From Ostrea edulis (lineage: Eukaryota): a stretch of 63,829 nucleotides of DNA. Positions 55,801-63,829 of the stretch are shown here, one piece after another. The position numbers and the translations under genes were made by a program. Within the stretch, counting starts at the first letter, position 1. Every line of letters starts with the position of its first letter. The DNA lies in assembly GCF_947568905.1 (NCBI RefSeq), contig NC_079170.1, positions 9,610,172 to 9,674,000 of the forward strand. Reading direction: 5' to 3'. Below the pieces are notes generated by a model. It had not been told where the DNA came from and made no database searches. It worked only from the letters and a program-made list of their open reading frames with translations.

Positions 55801-58765
55801 ATGGAAGTTTTCGATGCGACTGTTTTTCAGGTTGGAAAGGTGTGGAATGTGAAAATAATGTAAATGAATGTAAAAATCATGTTTGTCGTAATGGAGGGAC
55901 ATGCGTTGATAATCCGGGTAGTTATAAGTGTGTTTGCCCGCCATATTGGACAGGAACTGCTTGTGAACAAGACGTAAATGAATGCCAAACTGGCGTTTGT
56001 ACTCATGCTTCTCAATGTAGCAACAGCCCGGGATCGTTCAATTGCACATGCCAGAAAGGATGGGTGGGTAGGGCATGCGATAATGACTTGAACGAATGTT
56101 CCTTTCCAAATTTTTGTTCGCCGCAGAACAGTTTAAGCTGCATCAATACAGATGGCAGTTATTCGTGTCACTGTAGACCAGGATGGGGAAACGCAGACTG
56201 CACAGACGATGTAAATGAATGCGAACTAAACATGCTGAATTGTGAAAATGGTGGGACTTGTATGAATACTCGTGGCAGTGCCCATTGCAGCTGTCCCTCT
56301 AGTTGGACAGGCAAACATTGCGAGGAAGATGTGAATGAATGCAATAACGGTGTTTGTCTCCAAGCATCGACTTGTCATAATTTTGCTGGCGGATATAATT
56401 GCACCTGCATTAAGGGTTGGAGAGGACGAAATTGTGAGATTGACATTAATGAATGTCAGGAGAACTTGTGTAAAAACGCAAAATCTTGTCTAAATTCCGA
56501 GGGATCATTTCATTGTGTATGTTTGTACGGGTGGAGTGGTTTAAAATGTGACCAAGATATAAATGAATGTGAACATGAGAAGTGCTCCGGATTCGGAATG
56601 TGTGTCAATACTGAAGGATCCTACATGTGTAACTGTCAGGAAGGACATTCAGGAAGATCTTGTGAAATAATGCAAGGAAAATCCACCGTTGGTATGTACA
56701 GTATAGCTCCTGTTGACTTTATTATTTTAATTTCCATTCCCATGTTAAAGGAGTAAATTAGTATATATATTCATATTACAGGGTTAAACGGAGCAGAAAA
56801 GATCCTACTTGAATTTGATGGACATCTCACAGAAACGAATGTCAACAAGATAGTAAATTCATTGAATGTGTTGGTTTCTTCAATATGCCATGACGTCAAC
56901 ATAATTTTAAACGACCATGTCTTATCATACAGGTATTTTGTAATGGTTTTTAATTTTTAAATATCAAATATCTTATCAAATATTTTTCCCACATTGACTG
57001 AGTGCTAAAATGATATGTGCACTTTATTTGTAAGTGTAAATATATAATTTTTTGTAGATTTTTGTTTGTCCCATTCAGGAATTCTTCATGCATATGAAGA
57101 CGTCATCAGTTGTAGGTGAATTGCCATTAATTTTGACATATATACGACCTTCAAGGTCTTAGCATTTGAGTTTTTCCATGCTTATCTTGACACGGGACCC
57201 TTTATTTTGAAGTCCATATTTGAAGGACTTGTGACGTCTGCTTTCAATGCCGTGTGCTTGAAACAGGAAAAGTCACCACTATCGTAACACGCCTTAAGCT
57301 TGATGCGGTGCCGGACTCTAAAAATGAAATCTAGTGCTCTTGAATTGCCAAACGAGCCACACCCCCCGCCCTTCCTAAACGCAAAGGTACCGCGAGCGGT
57401 GCTATTTGTAGAAGACAATGAGATATATGTTACATGAACTTCATTGAAAAATGAGGATATTGTTAATGTTAATCTGTTATTCTCTAATCAAATATACCAC
57501 ACTGGGCTTTCAGCAATGGGAAAACAGACTTTCAAGTTCCAGTAATATGTGATGGAAAACCACTGAAGCGCGAGCGTTTCGAGATAAAGCTAAAAGAAAT
57601 GTCCACTGAGCAGCTGAAAGCAGCTTTCCCGTTTGAACTCTCTCGACTAAAGACAGACAGTGGAGGAAAGAATGGGGTTTGTTATTTATAGCAATCAACT
57701 AACTGTCAACATTAATTCTAATCAAATAACTGTCAACATTAATTCTAATCGTTTGTTGATCAAAGAAATGGAATCAAAATAGAATTCATTACCCATGATA
57801 CGAGTAATTCATAATTTTTTATCTAATCAATGAAATAATTCTTTGTAAGCAACTTCAGTTTTGATTCTTTTACGCAATTCATAGTGAGAAATATCGACAT
57901 CGAGTTTTGAAGTGTCAAGTTAATATTTTTTATCGGTTATTATGTTTTCCAAGTAGAATTGAAAAGGTCTAATTCAGAGAAATCATGAATAGACTAACTT
58001 GTGTTATGTTCGTATCTAATTTTAGCATTGGATATCGCAGAATATTCCTCTGTTGGCTGGCGTTGGGGGTGGTGTACTTCTTGTGGTCATCATTATCATT
58101 GTCGCGGTCAAACTCAAGTGAGTACAACTCTTTGCATGTTGACTTATAACTTCAAAAGTGCCATTACAATGAAGTATAAAGTGCTTTGATCCTTAACCTT
58201 ATAATACAGAATGCTAAGACAATCATATTGCTATTACACGAACTTTGTGCAACAGGTATTGGTCTACAACAAAACAATTTCTGTGATTAATTATCTAGAC
58301 ATTTCCATCGTTAAATGCCATTCTCTTAATCTGCAACCAATTAACGCCCAAATCACATTACGATTCATTTTATTTTAAAAAGAAAAACATCTGGTAAATA
58401 TGAAAAATGTAGCATATAGCGAAGATGAAAATGGGATAGCATATAAGTCGAAGAATTGATATCCAAATGATATCCAAATTACACCATCTGGTATATCATC
58501 TAGATCTTGGCGAAAGCTATCCGTCAGGAAAATAACAACTTCTATTGTTAATGATAACAATACATCTGTCACATAGTTGGTTTTTTTTTTTTTTTTGGTA
58601 TTTCATTAAAGAAGGCGTAATGGGCGCCACAATAAAGACTCTAATATGGATGGAAACGATTATTTGACGATGGATGACAGTTCTAACCAGCATTCTGCAG
58701 TGACAAAGGAAAATCCCATATACTTCTTAACTAACATGGATGAAGACGATGATACGCACGTATAG
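44829..58765 (+). CDS. Atypical Delta/Serrate-like (Notch-ligand-like, fibropellin-like) EGF-repeat type I membrane protein, about 1054 aa
   Basis: Phase-consistent exons: 44829-44891 (signal MAMLLRLSLCVFLILVGEDLL), 52054-52232, 53812-53947, 54101-54234 (MNNL/C2-like: LNLLSYSN...CCG...CLNSCNP...NPIKIDIQNW...FLIYD), 54414-54718 (DSL-like modules), 54904-56691 (15 EGF repeats), 56782-56932, 57514-57676, 58026-58117 (TM: IPLLAGVGGGVLLVVIIIIVAV), 58612-58765 (KRR...ENPIY...THV*). Sum is 3165 nt, in frame. Linking the first exon across a 7.1-kb intron is inferred from phase and the missing signal peptide. Confidence 0.8.
46490..46740. repeat. 51-bp tandem repeat (atagacacagaaaaccccgaacggacgtacggacatttgtaagaaatgata), 5 copies
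   Basis: Read directly; explains the repetitive ORFs 46318-46861. Confidence 0.9.
46749..46972. repeat. 59-60-bp tandem repeat, 4 copies, each with a hairpin-forming atacgtcc...ggcgtgt
   Basis: Read directly, immediately after the 51-bp array. Confidence 0.85.
47889..48988. mobile_element. Mutator-like non-autonomous element (1100 bp) with (cgaaa)n subterminal repeats
   Basis: gggtacctgtaaagtgcgaaacgaaacgaaa ... tttcgtttcgtttcgcactttacaggtaccc; perfect 9-bp duplication acctacatc at 47880-47888 and 48989-48997. Confidence 0.85.
50011..50599. mobile_element. MITE-like element filled with a 21-bp tandem repeat (aattcgtccgaacaaatagct, about 24 copies)
   Basis: tacggc...gccgta ends; internal array 50043-50560. 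Confidence 0.7.
50996..51815. mobile_element. Mutator-like non-autonomous element (820 bp) inserted into a Deu-type SINE
   Basis: Long imperfect TIRs (aatctgattaaaaccagatcct...); perfect 9-bp duplication ccctgagcg at 50987-50995 and 51816-51824; SINE sequence resumes after the insert. Confidence 0.85.
52315..52935 (+). mobile_element. Penelope-like element fragment (RT C-terminal region plus terminal repeats)
   Basis: PAFGVYISQLIRYARACSAYDQFLYRGRLLTNK..QQFRLKSAFSKFYG resembles the recalled Penelope RT thumb; related ggtcgacaggggatg(c/t)ttact..cacctgatcc repeats at 52565-52680, 52815-52935, and inverted at about 53440-53720 and 60935-61290. Confidence 0.65.
52948..53195 (-). mobile_element. 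SINE-like repeat copy (family of 24238-24501)
   Basis: Colinear similarity: gacgtcacca...gaagggctgcaaaattt...cctcggttttt...ctcatccgaagga...cgacaagcaagggg. Confidence 0.7.
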
Positions 58766-60364
58766 AATGGCGTGTTATGTAGAACCCTCAGTCGTAAAGA
58801 GGCTGGTTGATCTGAATATTAGACAATTTCCATGGAGACGATTTCTTGATTTTGTCGCCGATGTGTGAACTGTGTGAAATATATACGTTATCAGCCCAGA
58901 ATTCAAGAATAGACAGGTGGTACTAGTAATGCTGCTTTCAATGGAAATTCAGTAGCCAATAATTAACGTGTGATTTCTAGAGAAACTGGGTGTGATGAAT
59001 TATGAGAAAATACCCAGAGTTACGTCTTCAGAGGACTTTACTGCGTGCGTCTTGGTCTATTGAGCTCCCCAAACAGTTCATCGAACCATATTGAAGTTGA
59101 AATTCACAGAAATGTAAATGTCCATGCATGGACACATTTACCTGCATTCCTTTTTTCTTTTTTGTTTTACATTGTAATAATTGGTGGACATAGGAAGCAT
59201 GTAATAGGTCTGTCTGTATACAGTTAAACACTGCAAGATTGTGAGACATTCCAGCATAAATATCAAATACTAATGTTGTTAAAAATGTTTGCTCAGCTTT
59301 TTGATTCCTTAAACAAAAATACATATATGATACTGCTTTATTCTGTTCTTATGTGTAGGATAAAAGTTGAAGGTAAGAAAGGTATCTAGTTATCTTAACA
59401 TTTTAGCCATGTATATTTTTAAATGCATTAAGATCTTTCCTATGGTGTACTTTGCTGTGTACGGGCATAATTATATTCATCTCTTTTTCTTGGTCAAATA
59501 AAGTTTGTGTTTGGTAAATTGATTAACAAGGAAGTTATTGAAAAGAAATACTGTATATAGTGTTATTTTCGCCCCATGTTATTTTCGACCCGTGTTATTT
59601 TCACCCCATGTTATTTTCGACCCGTGTTAGTTTCTCCTTTCTACACTTGCAGACAGAAAATAAAACGGGGGCGAATATTTCCCTGTATACAGTATCTAGA
59701 GTCTAAAAGTATATTGATAGACTTAATTACTTCCAGAGGTCAAGGTAAGAAGAGTGATGTGTGTATGATGTCAAGGAGAGGTCTACCCAGGACAAGTTTT
59801 ATCATGATCCATAGCTACAACACCGTGGAGAGTCGTGTCGTGCTACTTCTAATTTGCTATTTATTCTATCGCTAATCTCATACATATGACACGATACAGA
59901 GTCCATGCCACCTGAACAAAATCACAGAAACAGATTTTAGATTTGTCGAGTACTCTAGTTTACGTGTACATGACGGAAGTCTACATCTTGACTGCTATCA
60001 AGGTTATTTCAAAGAAGTTCTTCAATCCCGTTCTAACCCCCCAGCCCAACCTTTTTTCGATAATGATTTAAAATTCACATCTTAAATATCCAAGAGTATG
60101 CTTCAAATTCCACACACACCCTTTTCCCGAAACATAAATTGTTCCCATGTCCTTACTTGATAGGATCTCTTATTTTATCGTTGCTTAATAAATTTTTTTA
60201 CTCCTTTCCAGGTCAATATGTCATTCTAATCATATTCTGGATGGGATCTTTAGAATTAGAATACAAAACTCATAAACTATAGCTTTGCACAATAATTTAG
60301 CAAAAAAAAACCCATAGTATTTTGAGTGCTTATTAAGTGGATTTTGAAGAAGTAAAAATTGGAA

Positions 60365-60635
60365 TCCCGGTCGCGACAGGCCTTAGTCGTTAAAACAGGT
60401 AGTGACAGTTCCACCGCCAAACACTCAGCATCAGATGTGAATGTCAAGGGTCCTTAAAGATGACCTTAAAAACGGATATCCCGTGTCACAGTAGATGTGG
60501 CACGCTAAAGAACCCTCACTGCTCAATGGCCGTAAGAGCCAAACAAATCCCTAAATTTGAAGCCCTTCACCGGTCTTGGGGACGTCTCCATATGAGTGAA
60601 AAATTCTCAAGAGAAGCTTTAAACAAGATACAATC
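60365..60635 (+). mobile_element. SINE-like repeat with Meta/Deu-type core
   Basis: gtcgttaaaacaggtagtgacagttcc...cccgtgtcacagtagatgtggcacgctaaagaaccctcactgctcaatggcc...gacgtctccatatgagtgaaaaattctc. Confidence 0.65.
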
Positions 60636-61856
60636 AATCAAGAAGATCATAATTTTATTCTTCCATACATGGAATTTGCCCACGATAATGTAAAAATAAG
60701 CCGTGCAGGGATTTCAGAGGAATAAAGTATATCATATAGAAATGTCTTAATTCACTCATAGATTGCTTGCACCCTATAAATGATTGTATTTCCGAATTTC
60801 CAAGGAATCCATTACAACCGGGTCCATGAAATGTGAGGTCTACTTATGTTAAAGGTCAGTAAAAGATACTTAAACCACATTGCGTATTTTATTTGTTTGT
60901 GTTGCGTTCCTTCGAAAAACTTTCACTCACATCAATGAAAACGTGAAGACAACGAACAGTGATTAATCTTCATAACCCCTATTAAAAATACAAAATTAAG
61001 AGTAGGGCAAACCGGATGCGGGATCAGGGGCCCAGGAGAAGTAAGCATACCATGTATACTGGTTACACCCGCCATGAGGCCAATATCTTGATCATGCAAA
61101 TTGAGTAATCCGTAATGAAAATCAGTGTGTAAAGAACAGCTTAACAATCTGTGTGAAACACGTTAGACAGCATTTACCCAATGGCAGATTGTATTGGTAA
61201 ATTAGATCGTTATAACGACCGTAGAATTTGCGAAGTGCTGACTTTAAACGAGACTGTTGAAACCCCTGTAACTTCGACTTATTTGTCAGTAATCTGTCTT
61301 GATTAAAGACTTCATCTTATGTCTAAACGTTCTTGTGTTTAGTGCACTTTATGACTTAACGAACGGGATTATATTGGGAAAAAAGCTAAAAACAAAACAT
61401 CAGCGATTGACTTGAAATTTATTTCAAAACGTACATTGTACAAATAACCATTATTTTTCAAAATACATGTATATAGATTGTAAAAACTGAGAATTTATGG
61501 TTACAAATACGAGAATTATATTTTAAGAAATATCCAATCCCTTCAAGAAATAGAATCTAAGCAGTCAATTTTTTCTCACATTATTCACCATTCACTTATC
61601 TGTATACATGTATATAGGAAACACCCAAATGTTTTTTTTTTCAAATCTTCCACTTTGTTTGTCATGAAAGAGAGCCCCAGACGTTGTGCTTTGTGGAGAT
61701 CGAGGAAGCACGTCACAAACCGACAACACAGTTACACATTTACAACACACAGTTATGTTGTCCGTCACCCATCCTTTGTCTTATCCTGGACGAGAACGAC
61801 GTAGATATGACTAGTGTCATACAGATTGATCGAATCCTATTTAACACAGTTTTTGT

Positions 61857-62504
61857 TTACATTCTGCATAGAAATTGGGCGACTACTCCATCTATGCTGT
61901 CTCCTGTCATGAATTCTACCCAGTGACCGATGTACGTTTCTTTGTCAATTTGTCCTCCTTTCTTTGTGTCCATGGCTTTGAACATGGCCTCTACCGCCTC
62001 TGAGTTACTCATCCCGAAACATTTCATGCCCTTTTGAAAATTTTCAAAAGTTATATATCCAGCGTTGTTCACATCAAAAGCATCGAAGAAGCTCCCAACC
62101 ATGGATTCAAATGTTTCTACGAACAACTTTTTATTGAAACCGACAAGTTCCTTGAAAGCTGCGACATATTCATTTTCAGATATGTTCCCGCTGTTTCCCA
62201 TCTTTTCCCCGACTTCTAACAATTTTGGTGCTGTTTCCTTTGATATTCCACCCTTGCCACCTTTCGCTGTAATTTCTTCACCTTTCTGAATCAAAATTTC
62301 CCATCCATTCTCCAACCAATTTCGAATTGCTTGCGCTTTTTTCTCGTCCAAATTAAACTCTTTGATGAAAGAATCGGTCATATCTGAATAATCCTGTTTG
62401 CTAATGTATCCGTTCCGCTTCAGATTACTTAGTTGAAACCATTTTCTGACTTTACTCTCCACAAGTTGAGAGACAACCATTGTTTCAATATTACCGGAAG
62501 TCAT
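61857..62504 (-). CDS. Sarcoplasmic calcium-binding protein (SCP/calexcitin)-like EF-hand protein, intronless, 215 aa
   Basis: Single 648-nt ORF; KVRKWF..xNGYISKQDY, FFDAFDVNNAGYITFENF, MFKAMDTKKGGQIDKETY and terminal W.EFMTG match the SCP family pattern. Confidence 0.85.
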   Translation of the reverse strand: MTSGNIETMVVSQLVESKVRKWFQLSNLKRNGYISKQDYSDMTDSFIKEFNLDEKKAQAIRNWLENGWEILIQKGEEITAKGGKGGISKETAPKLLEVGEKMGNSGNISENEYVAAFKELVGFNKKLFVETFESMVGSFFDAFDVNNAGYITFENFQKGMKCFGMSNSEAVEAMFKAMDTKKGGQIDKETYIGHWVEFMTGDSIDGVVAQFLCRM

Positions 62505-62843
62505 AGTAATGATTAGTGATTATGTCTGCTTCAGGATCCAAGAAAATGTGAAGTAAATGTGTTTTCGCTTTTTCTTGGTCTTAAGTACTAGTAATACTCA
62601 GCAAAAGCGGATCATTGAAACCCGCCTCGTGACACCGCCCAATGACTACAGTGATGTGATCTGAAAGTTAGCTTCTTTTCATCAATACTACAAGAGATCT
62701 TGTCAGATTTAGGCACACGCAATTCTGAAATATTGAACATTATCAAGTTTCTGTTCCTCATAGATAGATTAGCAACAGAAATGTGAACTCTCTTGAAATA
62801 TGTGTACTATCATCGGGTTTATAAAACCTGTTCAGTTCAAGAT

Positions 62844-63125
62844 TTCATGTACTGAGTAAACTGATTTTAATGTTTCACGTACCGGGTAAACTTATAACCG
62901 TTCAATTCAATGTTTCACGTACCGAGTAAACTGATTTCAATGTTTCACGTACCGGGTAAACTGATTTCAATGTTTCACGTACCGGTTAAACTAATTTCAA
63001 TGTTTCACGTACCGGCTAAACTGATTTCAATGTTTTACGTACCGGTTAAACTGATAACCGTTCAATTCAATGTTTCATGTACCGGATAAACTGATTTCAA
63101 TGTTTCACATATCGTGTAAACTGAT
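62844..63125. repeat. 30-bp minisatellite (gtaaactgatttcaatgtttcacgtaccgg), about 8 copies, upstream of the SCP-like gene
   Basis: Units read directly; two carry a short insertion. Confidence 0.9.
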
Positions 63126-63829
63126 TTTTTTTTACCTATGATAATTGTACTCGCTTTCTTTATAAAGTTGACTAGAATTTGAATTTTAAACAACTCTTGC
63201 ATAACTTAAAATTTTAACTCCATCTTACTCTAAAACATGCCCAACTTCATTAGAAGTATTTCGCGGTCTGTTTTTGTTTTTAAATTAACGATATCCAAGT
63301 TTCATATTTCTCTACACAGAGAGATACATAAACTACTTTCACGGTCATGTTTGCTTAATTTTCATTGAACGCAAAATTGCCAATATTCATCTTTTTTATA
63401 ATCAACCGAATTTTAGTTATATCCATTATTTCTTTTCAAAGAACTTTTGTAACAGCTTAATAGCATTTCGTCATACTGAAATGTAATGAATGGGGAAAAA
63501 AAAGAGAATTATTGATTTTGCTTAAAAGGTACATTCTAAAACTTAAAGCTGATCAGTACGTTCACAGTTCATCACGAGGAGTAACACTTTGATGTATGTC
63601 CCAAATATCGTGTGTTTTCGACAATACCACAACGGAATGTCATCTATATTGGTCAATATGGAAATTACTATCTAAAGAACAGCCTAACAATTGTTGTCAA
63701 ACACGTCAGATAGCTTTCAACCTAATGACAGGTTGTATTTGCAAACAAAATCATTACAACAAACATACAATTTGCGAAATGCCTGATTTTAATTCGGACT
63801 GACGAAAACATAATGCGTGCCAAGATCTT

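Noticed and set aside
57079-57400. Candidate Delta-like exons at acceptors 57078 and about 57212/57268, and at about 58382
   Set aside because: In the required phase each hits an early stop; exons 57514-57676 and 58612-58765 give a continuous frame with sensible domains.
206-63802. Most remaining 60-110 aa ORFs in the six-frame track
   Set aside because: They are antisense shadows of real exons, read-through of introns, low-complexity AT-rich sequence or TE fragments, with no recognisable protein motifs.

Overview
AT-rich eukaryotic (animal) genomic DNA with GT-AG introns, most likely a bivalve mollusc such as an oyster (inferred from the repeat families and gene content). No prokaryotic system or CRISPR array is present. 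I reconstructed five protein-coding genes by hand from splice sites and reading-frame phase. (1) RPP30, minus strand, 7 exons visible, running off the window start. (2) CFAP100/CCDC37, plus strand, about 582 aa, head-to-head with RPP30 (ATGs 331 bp apart). (3) AMDHD1 imidazolonepropionase, minus strand, about 438 aa. (4) An atypical Delta/Serrate-like type I membrane protein, plus strand, about 1054 aa: signal peptide, MNNL/C2-like region, three chained DSL-like modules, 15 Ca-binding EGF repeats in one exon, juxtamembrane domain, TM helix, and a tail with NPxY and PDZ-type motifs. (5) An intronless sarcoplasmic calcium-binding protein-like gene with degenerate EF-hand loops, minus strand. There is also one tRNA-Phe(GAA), many MITEs (several nested), decayed LINE and Penelope fragments, tRNA-derived SINEs and minisatellites. 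The best leads are a duplicated, frame-incompatible 157-nt exon pair in CFAP100 (predicted mutually exclusive splicing), the unusual Notch-ligand-like protein, the EF-hand-degenerate SCP-like protein, and several minisatellites that amplify functional signals (splice donor, branch point, Pol III A-box, HIF-type site). Coordinates were read by eye. Family names come from recalled consensus motifs, not database searches.
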